From assembly GCA_002269645.1 (NCBI GenBank), contig NIVC01000981.1:329592-393591 (forward strand): a stretch of DNA of 64,000 nucleotides, read 5' to 3'. Under the pieces are notes generated by a model. It made no database searches, was not told the DNA's origin, and saw nothing but the letters and a program-made list of their open reading frames with translations. Position 1 is the first letter of the stretch, and every line of letters starts with the position of its first letter. The position numbers and the translations under genes were made by a program. Source of the stretch: Macrostomum lignano (taxonomy: Eukaryota). Below, one piece after another: positions 39,831 to 60,240 of the stretch.

Positions 39831-42498
39831 GGAGGGGGACCGCGCTGCGGACACCAGCACCACCGGATCTCCCTGCGCGACACCGCAGCACCAGCTGCCT
39901 GTGGTCGCCAGGGGTTAGCGAAACGGCGTTGTATCGGGATGCCCAGAACCCCTGCAGCTGAGTCAAGTAAGTCAAAAGGAAAACTTACCAAACCTAAGAT
40001 ATTTTGAGCAGTTACTCACAGCATTTGGTTCCAATATGACTCTGCCGCCGAACCTCGCATACAGCTCGTAGGGCAGAGCGGACAGCAGGATATATGAACC
40101 AGGAGTTCCTCGAACTAACCTGTTAGGCTGTTACCGCTCAGGTCGGAGCCTTCAGTGAGGCTCACCCGAAGTGAGTCCATGGTTGGCGGGCTCACAAAAA
40201 AGCTGAGAGCGTCGGTGACCAGCTCTCCGTCTGGCTTCATGAAGTAGGCCACAACTCTTGCCACTGGCGCCATCTCTCGCGACAGCGCGATGGAGAAGGT
40301 CTTGGCTGGAGCACCGCTTGGCATGCTGACAGTGTCGCTGAATGCGATGTTCCCTCCAGCCTCGATGAGGTAGTGAATCTCGGGCGTAAAGTGAGTAGTT
40401 CGAATGTTGAACACCATGTAGCGATCTGCGGCCGGTCTGTCAGTCGAAGTGCTCACTCTGAGATAAGCTCCTGTGGCCGAGTAGTGACGAAAGATGAACT
40501 GCTCAGAAGTCTTTGCGGCCGAACTGCCTTCAGACTGGAGCACCGCCACCAGCCTGTAGTTGATGCAGTCTCTCGTGGTCGGCACAGTGTAGCGAACTAT
40601 TGAGTCATCAGGAATGGGAATCCCCCGATCCGCATTCACCGAATTTCCAGTGTTGCAATAGAGATTCACGTTCACGTGCCGCCTGCGCAAATTCGGCTTC
40701 CTGCCGTCCGGTTGAAAAATGTGCATCTGAAATTTGAGCGGACGAGCACAGCGGTAGCAAACCAATCAATGTCACTGGTTGGACAGTGGCTAGTTAAAAC
40801 TGACGCCATACCAAAGCGATGAAAGGAAATCCGGGTTTGAACTGACTCTACCGCCCAGGAACTTGATGTTCGGCGTTTCTCGGAATATCACCGTGTGAGC
40901 GGCGTGCGAGATGTTCAACAGGTAGTACCAGTCCAGTACGCTGGCGTCCACTGTCACGTCGATGTCATCAACTAGCGCTGCCATTTTCAGCTCCTTCTTG
41001 ATCTCGCTCATCGTGAACAGAAACGAAGCACGTCCTTTGAACTGTCGAGTTTATTCGTGTAAAATTGATGTGGCATTTCAATGCTACAGTAGGTGGTGTC
41101 TTAAAGAACTTTGATAGCTACATGTAGATAAGCGACAAGTACTTACATACGGTATGAATCGCCACATGGTTCCCAATGGTGAAGTCTCGGTCAGCGCGCC
41201 TCTGTTTCTAAACTGCAATCGCAGGGTTGCATTTCCTGTAGTGGGCGCATTGGTCGTGTGATTGGCCTCCAAAATGCCGTAGACACCGAAGGAGAACTCG
41301 GAGAGTTTCAGCGGCAGGCTCACGTTGACGGACAGCGGGCCACTGTTGGTGTTGTAGAAAACTGTGAAAGATTTCTCCGTAGCGAATCTTCCACTCGCCG
41401 TGACTGCAGGTTGGGGGCAGCTGGAAACTCAACTCAATATAGCCTCGGGCATTGGTTCTTGGTGAAAGCCATCGTCTCACGGCGATGCCGTTTGAGTCCA
41501 CAACCTCGATGGTGTTCAATACTCGACTCTTGACCGTCAGATCAGCTTCATACGGTATCACTCGGAACTTGATTAGATCGCCCATTGCATAAATTGGCTT
41601 TGAGAACTGAATGTATGTTGAGAATAGTTTGGGCTCGACCAGCAGTTCCGTTCTGTTTTGAAACAACAGACCAGCCTTCGACTCGACGGATCCTTCAACA
41701 AGGATGCTTACTTCCCCAATGGAGCATTCTCTGGCACCTGAAGTGCAAATACGAGTAGTTCAAGCTCAATGCATCAAAATATTGTTGGCATCGCACGTTA
41801 GTTGAATGCTTTGATAGTGATTGTGGCTATTTTCTGCATGCTGTGTTGCAACAAAAAATCTCAAATCTTTTCTTTCAGCCTGAGCAGGTCTCTTCGTCCT
41901 TCTCTACATGGCATTGCGTTCTGCACGTTCTGTTATAGCGCTTTTAGAGTGGAATATGCTATTTGGCATTGCGTTCTGTCCGCTAAATTACAGTATCTGC
42001 CGCGGTGCAGAGAATAACTTTCTATGAACCGCACTAGTGAACGACTCTCAAATGACTCACCGTTAGGAAAAGTGGTCGGGTTGCTGGTTTAGTGAATGTC
42101 TCCGAAGCGAAGGCCAGTTCTCGTTCCGGTTGATCAGCTTTGCCAGATTTGGCGTCCGGCTTCGCTCTTAGAGACACTCTAAATGAGAGGCTGCCGTGCA
42201 GGAGACGGAATACCGTGATGCTGATTCGCACCTTTTGCTCTGGACGAATTTTCTTTGGCGCTAACAGCAGATAGGTTCTGTAAGATTTTTGTTTATTTGG
42301 CCGGAAGGTGTCTGAATGGTACGGAAAGACAGTACGGATTGACTGACTGCATGCCGTTACTTACGGGGTTGAAGACAACTCTATGGACGTTTGTGGTAGA
42401 AAAGTTAATTGTTGCTGTTGCTGTTGCTGTCGCTGTTGTTGTTGTTGCTGTTGTCGTTGTTGTTGTTGTGTGTGTGTGTGTGCCTCGGACCGGAGCTC

Positions 42499-45400
42499 TC
42501 AGGTGATCCACTGCGGGTGGGCCACCCTCAAGAACCCTATCACCATGTTCTCCTCGCGCAGATCCTTCAGTTCACGCAGACCAGTGTGCTGCCGAAGCCC
42601 GTCCCAACGCGCGCACGACCACCAGTGGTCTTTATCTTCTATGTCACCGCAGTCCTCGCAAACGCCTTCTGCTTCCAGACCAATCTTCTGCCTCCAGTAC
42701 TTAGTGAGTCTGCAGTGACCAGACCTGAGCTGGGCTAAGATGGAAGCAACTTTCCTGCCACATTCCGCGCGTTCAATCACACCACCGTACACCGAGCGCA
42801 GACGGGGGTCATTTATGCAGGGCCTCCACCGGTGCTTCAGGTGTCTGCGTAACGCCTCAAACTCAACGGCCGTCTGCCCTTGGGGCAAGAGCGCTGCCTG
42901 CTTTGCCAGCTCGTCGGCCCTCTCATTTCCAGCGATGCTGCAGTGGCCTGGGATCCACTGGAGGGTGATGCTGCACCATACACTCGTCCTCCTGAGCCTG
43001 TCAATCAAGTTAAATTGGCTCCTGTTTCCAGTGACCCTCTCGGTACCGGTGGCCAAGACGGCGGACTTGCTGTCAGTCAGGATGAGAGCGCTACTTGGCC
43101 TCAGCTCTTCCACAAGATCTAGCGCCAGGTGCAAAGCCGTTCTTTCCGCGATAAGGGAGCTACAGAATTCGCCCGCTGCAGCTAACTTGCAGTACTCACG
43201 TTCATCGCACCAGGCGACACAGGCCGCTCCTCCGTTCCTTCCGTTTCCGTCTACAGAGCCGTCCGTGAAGATTTTCAACTCGACCTGACCTCTTTCCTGG
43301 ATGGTTCGAGCCGCGTCTTCTGCGATGTCTTCATCACCCTTCTTGGCATTGCCGGATAGGTCGGGAAACAACCCGACCCCGTCGAGTCTGAGCCTTCTCC
43401 AAGGGGGGTGCCTTTTCCTCATGAATTCCTCCCTGGGAGCCTCGCTGATGGATCTACTTTCATACCTCGCTTGCTCGCGCCATCCCTTGTTTGCCTTAAG
43501 TCTCCTGGGGAGGACGATGTCGCACATATCACGCTTGAGGCTGGGTCGGGGCTCGCGCTCAGCTTTCTCCCATTCGAGAACGCAGCGCAGGATCGCTTTT
43601 TCGGAAATGGGCGGGATTCCTGTTTCCAGGTGAACCGCTTCCACCGGCGTTGATTTCACGAGCCCAGCTGTCAGACGGAGGGCTTCACGCTGCGCCCGCT
43701 CGATCTTTTGAACGTTGGTCTTCGAAATCCAGGGTAACCAAGCTGCCGCGGCGTACCAAACGCAGCTCTCAACGATCGCAGAGTAAACTTTCTTTAGACT
43801 CTCCGCCTGCCAGCCCCATTCCGTATTGGCCACCGCCTTGAGAACCCTGCTTCTTCGGCGCATTTTATCGACCACGGCGTCCGTGTGTTCCTGGAAATTG
43901 AGGCCACGGTCGATGCGCACTCCCAGGTACTTAAGCGAGACTTTCCCCGCGATCTCCTTTCCGCTAATCCAGAGCTTCGGGTGGCGATTTTTGTCTTTCG
44001 TGGACTTGCTGAAGAGGCAGGATTCGCACTTCCCTGGGTTCAGCTCAATTTTAAGGCCATCCGCCCAGCCGCCGATCTTATCCAGCGCACGCTGCAGGCG
44101 TTTAGTGATCTCCTCGGTGTCATCTCCGCTGCACCAGACTGCCAGGTCATCCGCGAAGCCGCCGTACTGCACTCCCTCCTCTTTCACACCGGTCCAACCA
44201 TTTACATACAGGAGGAACAGAACAGGGGAGCTCACCGCGCCCTGCGGGAGACCTTCCTGGAGGCGTCTGTATTTGCTGTTGCCGTCCCCGGCACGGACTC
44301 TGGCTTGTCTTCCTTCCAAGAAGCTAGCAAACCACCTTGTGATCCTGGCTGGGACGCCCTCCTCCATCATTCTCTCAAGGAGTTTCACTCTCCAAACTTT
44401 TTCGAACGCTTTCGAACAGTCCAATGTCACGGCCAGAGTTTTTTTTGGTTTTTTGCTCTCCCAGCCGTCTTGAATGTGCTGCACAAGCCTGAGCACCTGT
44501 TCCTCGGTGCTTCTGCCCCTCTGGAAGCCGGCTTGCCAGGGCTGAATGATGTTATTCTCCTCCAGCCAGAAGTACAACCTGTTCACGACCATCCTTTCCA
44601 TGAGCTTGGCGCAGACCGGAGTTAGGCTGACCGGTCTGTAGGATTCCTTCGCCGCTGGGTCTTTGCCGGGTTTAAGCAACGGAACGATTTCCGCTTTCTT
44701 CCAGGACCCAGGGCATAGCTCATCTGCCCAGCTTCTGTTGAAAACATCCAACCATCTCTGACGGCCTACTACGGAGAGGTTTTTAAGAAGCCGAACTTCA
44801 ACTCCGTCAACTCCCCCCTTCTTCGTTGGGTCCATCAGCTTGAGCGCATCATCCATCTCATCCATAACGAATGGTGTGTCAAACTCCTGGTGCGCGTTAT
44901 AGGCTCTTAGTCTTCTAGCCACCTCCACCCGCTTGACCCGGTCCGCCTTCCCGATCTTGACCTTACTGTTATCAGCGTACATGCTAACGAACACAGCCGC
45001 CTTTTCGACATCCGATCTGGCTTCGCGCCCTTTGTCAGCTAAAATTTGGTTAGGCGGGGCAGTATCTCTAGCTGAGTACAGTGATTTGATGGTACTCCAG
45101 GTCTTCTTCCCGTCGTCGTTTTCTTTAAGGCTTTCCACATGTTCGGCCCAGAAGGACCGCTTCTTTTCCCTGATTTTAGCCTCCAGGTTCCTGTTTACCT
45201 CCAACCACTTTTCTCTGCTGACAGTCGTGCTTCTAGAGCAGTTGTCCCGCTCATTCTGCAGAGCGCTCAGTTCATCGTCCCAAAAAGGTTTGTACTTTCC
45301 TCCCACTTTCTTCTTAGGGATGCTCAACTCCGCCGCCTTGACCATGGCTGCACTCAGCCCTCTGACCTCGGCTGCTAACTCGGTCCTTGGCACTTTCTCG

Positions 45401-46884
45401 AACAGATCATCCGCATTACGTTGGAACTCCGAGAAGTCCGCTTTCTTCCACGCCCAGTTTAGCTTGGTCTTCTTTTGCCGGATTTCTCTCCTGGTAGCCA
45501 CGGTGACCAGGATGGGGAGATGGTCTGAGCCGAGACCTTCGAGGGTTTTCCACTCGCAGCGCTCCGCCAGCTCTCCCGCCGCCAACGAAATGTCCGGGAC
45601 GCTGGTCCGTCCTGTACGCCAATCCACGCGCGTCGCGGCTCCATCGTTTAGGATCCTGTAGTCAAATTCTTCGCACCAGGATTCCAGCTCTAAAGCCTCC
45701 CTTCTGCTGTCTCTTCCTTGGTCGTCACAGCTTCCCCAGCTTCTGCTGTGTAGGTTTAAGTCGCCGAGAATCAGCTCTCTTCTGTCTGGTTTAAGCCAGC
45801 TCCAGACACTATCATCCTCCCTGTCGTCACTGCCTTCGACAGTGCGCACAGGGGGGCGGTAAACATTAGTGATGACACACCTTTCCTTCCTGTTAACGTC
45901 CACGATCACGCGGCAGCCCTCCGTGGTAGTGCCTTTCCAGCCTGTCCAGCGCTTGAAAGGAAGATTGTGCTTGATCAGGGTGATCAGGCCTCCCCCTTTA
46001 GACTTATCGCTTCTGCGGATCTCCACCCTGTCCTTCCGGGCGGTGGTGTAGCCGGCGAAGCGGGGGGTTGGCGACTCGCTGTCAAGTTTAGATTCCTGAA
46101 TGACAGCCACGTCAATGTCATGCGCTTTCAGAAACCGCTCAAGCTCCACTTTCTTATTTCTAATGCCATCGGCGTTCCATTGCAGAATCCTCAGGTTTTC
46201 CCTCCGGGCGCTCGACCAGCCCTCGCCGGCCGGGTTTCTGGTCTCTTCCTTATCCACGGCGATATTATCGGTTCTGGCTCTTTCCAACTTGTCTGAGCAC
46301 ATCTGGCAGGTCCAAAGGCCTTTTTTAATTTCACCGTCGATTTGAGCTCTGCTGGCTCCAGTACACTTGTTATGGAACAGTTCGTCACATCTAGTGCACC
46401 GCGCAATAACCTTAGTGACCTTGAGCTTGCCTCCACAGCCAGGCTTAGCACATCTGCTACCCTTCTCGATCCTCTCGATGCAGCGTTTTCTTCTCTCCTC
46501 AGCCGCCGCGGCATCTTCCGCCAACCAATCCTCCTGCTGAGAGCATCCGCCGCACTTCCAATCCTTCTTTCCTTCTCTCGCTTTGCTCTGGCCCGCTCTA
46601 GTCAAGCCTGTGCAGCTGCCGTGGACTTCGTTACCGCAGCCGACGCAGCGGACCGGGTTTTGGCCCCTAGTGATGTTTTTTCCACATCTGGCGCACGGGC
46701 CAGGGTTGGGTTCCACATCGCCGTCCCTGTCAAGCCGCTCAGTTCTCCAGCCTCTCCTGTCTTCCTGCGCGTTGGTAGCGGGTTTCACAGCATACCCTTC
46801 CAATCTCTTCCACCCTCTCTTATCATGGTGAACATGGTGATCCGCGTTACTCCGGGTGTTCGTATCCAAATTAGGAACTCTCAT
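42499..46884 (-). CDS. LINE polyprotein (1461 aa from ATG 46884): 2A - PHD - PHD - APE - RT - RNase H - zinc knuckle
   Basis: GDVEPNPGP; CARC..CVGC..HGSC..WKCGGC and CAKPGC..CTRC..HNKC..WTCQMC; LQWNADG, QESK, GDLNLH, GSDHLPI; YRPVSLT, QAGFQRGRST, DCSKAFE, GLPQG, FADD; FTDGS, TDSK, WIPGH..GNERADELAK. Confidence 0.92.
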   Translation of the reverse strand: MRVPNLDTNTRSNADHHVHHDKRGWKRLEGYAVKPATNAQEDRRGWRTERLDRDGDVEPNPGPCARCGKNITRGQNPVRCVGCGNEVHGSCTGLTRAGQSKAREGKKDWKCGGCSQQEDWLAEDAAAAEERRKRCIERIEKGSRCAKPGCGGKLKVTKVIARCTRCDELFHNKCTGASRAQIDGEIKKGLWTCQMCSDKLERARTDNIAVDKEETRNPAGEGWSSARRENLRILQWNADGIRNKKVELERFLKAHDIDVAVIQESKLDSESPTPRFAGYTTARKDRVEIRRSDKSKGGGLITLIKHNLPFKRWTGWKGTTTEGCRVIVDVNRKERCVITNVYRPPVRTVEGSDDREDDSVWSWLKPDRRELILGDLNLHSRSWGSCDDQGRDSRREALELESWCEEFDYRILNDGAATRVDWRTGRTSVPDISLAAGELAERCEWKTLEGLGSDHLPILVTVATRREIRQKKTKLNWAWKKADFSEFQRNADDLFEKVPRTELAAEVRGLSAAMVKAAELSIPKKKVGGKYKPFWDDELSALQNERDNCSRSTTVSREKWLEVNRNLEAKIREKKRSFWAEHVESLKENDDGKKTWSTIKSLYSARDTAPPNQILADKGREARSDVEKAAVFVSMYADNSKVKIGKADRVKRVEVARRLRAYNAHQEFDTPFVMDEMDDALKLMDPTKKGGVDGVEVRLLKNLSVVGRQRWLDVFNRSWADELCPGSWKKAEIVPLLKPGKDPAAKESYRPVSLTPVCAKLMERMVVNRLYFWLEENNIIQPWQAGFQRGRSTEEQVLRLVQHIQDGWESKKPKKTLAVTLDCSKAFEKVWRVKLLERMMEEGVPARITRWFASFLEGRQARVRAGDGNSKYRRLQEGLPQGAVSSPVLFLLYVNGWTGVKEEGVQYGGFADDLAVWCSGDDTEEITKRLQRALDKIGGWADGLKIELNPGKCESCLFSKSTKDKNRHPKLWISGKEIAGKVSLKYLGVRIDRGLNFQEHTDAVVDKMRRRSRVLKAVANTEWGWQAESLKKVYSAIVESCVWYAAAAWLPWISKTNVQKIERAQREALRLTAGLVKSTPVEAVHLETGIPPISEKAILRCVLEWEKAEREPRPSLKRDMCDIVLPRRLKANKGWREQARYESRSISEAPREEFMRKRHPPWRRLRLDGVGLFPDLSGNAKKGDEDIAEDAARTIQERGQVELKIFTDGSVDGNGRNGGAACVAWCDEREYCKLAAAGEFCSSLIAERTALHLALDLVEELRPSSALILTDSKSAVLATGTERVTGNRSQFNLIDRLRRTSVWCSITLQWIPGHCSIAGNERADELAKQAALLPQGQTAVEFEALRRHLKHRWRPCINDPRLRSVYGGVIERAECGRKVASILAQLRSGHCRLTKYWRQKIGLEAEGVCEDCGDIEDKDHWWSCARWDGLRQHTGLRELKDLREENMVIGFLRVAHPQWIT

Positions 46885-46918
46885 CCGCCGCGAAGAGGCC
46901 CCCAGAGTGTAGGACGAG
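46850..46918 (-). ncRNA. HDV-like self-cleaving ribozyme at the LINE 5' end
   Basis: Minus strand: P1 CTCGTCC/GGATGAG; P2 CTCTGGGG/C(A)CCCGGAG; P3 GCC/GGC; L3 TCTTCGC; J1/4 AG pairing with L3 CT (P1.1); P4 TCC-TAATTT-GGA; J4/2 CGAA with the catalytic C. The first nucleotide coincides with the TSD boundary. Folded by eye. Confidence 0.8.
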
Positions 46919-47884
46919 TGTTGTTGTTGTTGTTGTGCCAGATGCATCGCACCTGAATCAGGGACGGTGCCCGACTCCGGGCGCTCTTCGCTGCCCCAAA
47001 AAGTGACATTGCCTCTCCGCTGCGAGAAAGACGCGGTGCCGGATATGGCCTGCTGGTTACCTGGGGGCTGCTGTTGCTGCTTCATAATCATCTGCGCACT
47101 GCTTATTGACTGCGAACAATAACTCAGCAGAATGAGCAGTGAAATGGCAACCAATTTAACTCTAAATTGGATTAACCTCGTTTTGCAGAACATCTCACCT
47201 CGGTGTGTGACGTGTGGCTCTGGTATCGGATTTGCTCTTCAAGGTGATTCCAAATTTGATTGCAAATTTTGACAGGTGGTTGTCTTAGAAAAGTAGCCTC
47301 AAAGTGAAACCTACGGCCTGATATTTTCTTTAGAAAAATTCAAATTTAAAGAAAAACTTGACTACTTAAACTTTAGCAATTAACGAGATAAAGTCTGACT
47401 TGAGGTGGGGCAGGTCGGCTCGGCTCATTCACGGAGCGGCAGGTCAAGTGTTCAAAAATTCAACGAAACCGCTTGCTTTGAGTTGCCGCCCCCCGCGATA
47501 GCGGCTTCCATGTCTTTAAGGCCCAAACACAGACAATAAAAATTTAGGAATAAACTATTTATTTGTTAAGCTCAAATTATGAGACGCCCCTGTACAGGCT
47601 GATGACAGCATTTATTAAACCTAATTTTCAGGTTACTAAATCGTCCTAATTATCAACATTATAGGCAAGTTGGATACGGAGTCTCACAAAATCCATGTTA
47701 CTTGGCCAGCTCAGGTGAAAGAGTGCAATACTAGTAAGGTTTTTACTGAGTCAGCAGAAAAACGCATTTTAGGCTGCTATTGAGAAACTCAACGACTTAT
47801 TTTCGCAATAACAAAGTATCTTTATCGAATTTGAGTAAAATCTACTTATATTTGAATAATTACTGCAAATATAGTGTCTAAATA

Positions 47885-48153
47885 TACATAATAATAGGAA
47901 TAAAATTTGATTTCATCTGTCCTAATGGTTTTATGTGCAACCGACAACTCAGCCGTAGGCGGCGCATTTGAAGGCTGCAAACGGCTGTTCAGTCCAAGGA
48001 CTGGGGGTTGCCACACACACCCTCAATTACCACCCATTTTACAGCTGGGTGAACTGAAGCAATGTAGAGTTAAGTGTCTTGCTCAAGGACACAAATTGTT
48101 CCGAAGTGGGTCGAGAATCAGAGTCCGACGCTCTGACCACTAGGCTACAACCA
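47885..48153 (-). mobile_element. tRNA-headed SINE with CORE-like centre (B-box region deleted in this copy)
   Basis: A-box TAGCCTAGTGG, core TGTGTCCTTGAGCAAGACACTTAAC...CCCAGCTGTAAATGGG, (TAT)n tail; aligns with 58126-58446. Confidence 0.8.
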
Positions 48154-48331
48154 TCTGATGATGCATGTTTTGAAAATGAATCAAAAACGTGATTTTAAAG
48201 AAAATGTACGTGATGTTCATAGTTTGGAAAGAATAGCGCTGCAGAGTGTTATGCACCTGTAACGGACACTACAATACACTGTGGCATGTGGCACTGCAAT
48301 AGCTGAGCTCTGCAATAACTCTTTAGCTGGT

Positions 48332-58666
<10,335 letters not shown>

Positions 58667-59989
58667 CTGAGCGTTTTTTGGCGTTAGAAAATCATATTTA
58701 GTAAATTGCGATGACGATTTAGAAAAGCGTTTGTTTTTGGAGGACCAAACAGATACAGACGCACAATTTCACTTGAAGAATGACTTCGAAACCTTAAGAC
58801 TTTTGGTATGCTTTAGAAAATAACCAAAGCTCATACTAACTAGTATTTTAGTGAGATCTTGAACACCTTGATGCAATACTTTTGGCGACATCGTCCCACA
58901 ATCAACGCTGACGGCAATTCTGCCCGTTCCGCTGCCTCCTGAGTATACGTACAAGAGCGCTAATACTGTACGAACGTACACACTCACGCACACGCTCGTC
59001 CAGGATGTAGCGCGGCCCATTTGACTTTCTCTAATCGTCAGGAATGTACAGTCTCTGTGCCTCGATAGCGCGAGAGTCAGTCGCGTTTTCCGCTGATCTG
59101 CTCTGGTCCCATCGATATGTTTTAGGGAAAATCGAGACCCAAAGGTTTTTTTTCGACTGTTACAACGATTCACTGTCAGATTAGCTCCTATGTCAATGAA
59201 CAACATTTTGGAGACTGTCCTACCGCTACCTCTTGCAGAGCAATTCATCCACTTCAGCTGAGAGAGAAGTATTTGCTTTCTACGAATGAATTCTCTTGTC
59301 TACATCAATGCAGCCACTCAAAGCCTTCAACAGTTCTTGGGGAACTCACGGTGTCTCCGCCAATTCAATGCTTGTTGAAGGAACTCCCCCTGCCAGAGGA
59401 GACTGGCAGTTTACCGCGATGGATAGACAAGCAATCGCTAGTACGGCTCCCGTTGCGATAATGCTCCACAGCATTATGAATTTTCTGGCAAATTTGTAAT
59501 TTTCAAAACTGCGGCAATTTAAAATAATACTTGAACAGATCTCTTACACAGTTTTTAGTGCCTAAAAATTAAAACAGGCCTCCGCGTTTTAGCGTTCCAG
59601 CACCGGGCGCTTCGGTACTTTGCTTTGTAGCGCACAAACGCTGCGCTGTCGAGCCCCTCTCGAACTCTTTAACGCAAAACAACTGCCAAAAGTCTTCACT
59701 GCAAGCGTAGTGGGGCCCAATAAGCAGTTGCACACTCTTGCAATGCATCTCTGCTCGGTGCATCTCTGCCCTCAGGACAATAGTGAAACTGGCCGGGCGC
59801 GTTGGAGTCATGGAGTGTACGATTTCACAATGCATATTTGTACTTTCTGTGTGCAATATTTCTGCAAATGCTACAATGTAATTCTGCGATGCATTATAAA
59901 TCAGGTGGTGCAGTTTTTCACAGTAAGGCTTGAGACACTTGAGAAAGATTAAGTGGTTTGCTAGATTTTAGCTGAGTGTAGTTAGCGAC

Positions 59990-60240
<251 letters not shown>

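Larger units (their letters stand above)
42471..46918 (-). mobile_element. Full-length Ingi/I-group non-LTR retrotransposon (about 4.45 kb), sense-inserted in intron 1 of Mcr copy A
   Basis: Uninterrupted ORF with 2A-like motif, two PHD fingers, APE endonuclease, RT, RNase H and C-terminal CCHC; (CA)n tail 42471-42482; 19-nt TSD CACAACAACAACAAC(A/G)ACA at 46937-46919 and 42470-42452. Confidence 0.93.
34512..47193 (-). pseudogene. Mcr/TEP6-like (macroglobulin complement-related) paralogue A, disrupted
   Basis: Exons 47193-46953 (signal peptide), 42380-42365, 42277-42061, 41737-about 41148, about 41040-40812, about 40728-40019, 39048-38850, 38546-38297 (LDLa), 38130-37896 (A2M), 37089-36784, about 36490-36358, 35863-about 35610, 35550-35370, 35284-35176, 34732-34512 (CRVCGSFQCPYC plus hydrophobic tail). 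Colinear with copy B but with frameshifts at about 41709, 41380, 40845 and 40116, an in-frame TAA at 36940-36942, and two large missing segments of the TED region. Confidence 0.85.

Noticed and set aside
42740-46956. Several + strand ORFs of 180-250 aa
   Set aside because: Antisense shadows of the GC-rich LINE ORF with no recognisable domains.
42499-47193. 1564-aa ORF as one ordinary gene with a signal peptide
   Set aside because: It is a chimera: the TSD, ribozyme and donor site show that the first 80 codons are host exon 1 and the rest is an inserted LINE.
59569-59856. 95-aa ORF with an F-box/Elongin-A-like FWQLFCVKEF snippet
   Set aside because: Similarity too short, with no splice context or further motifs.
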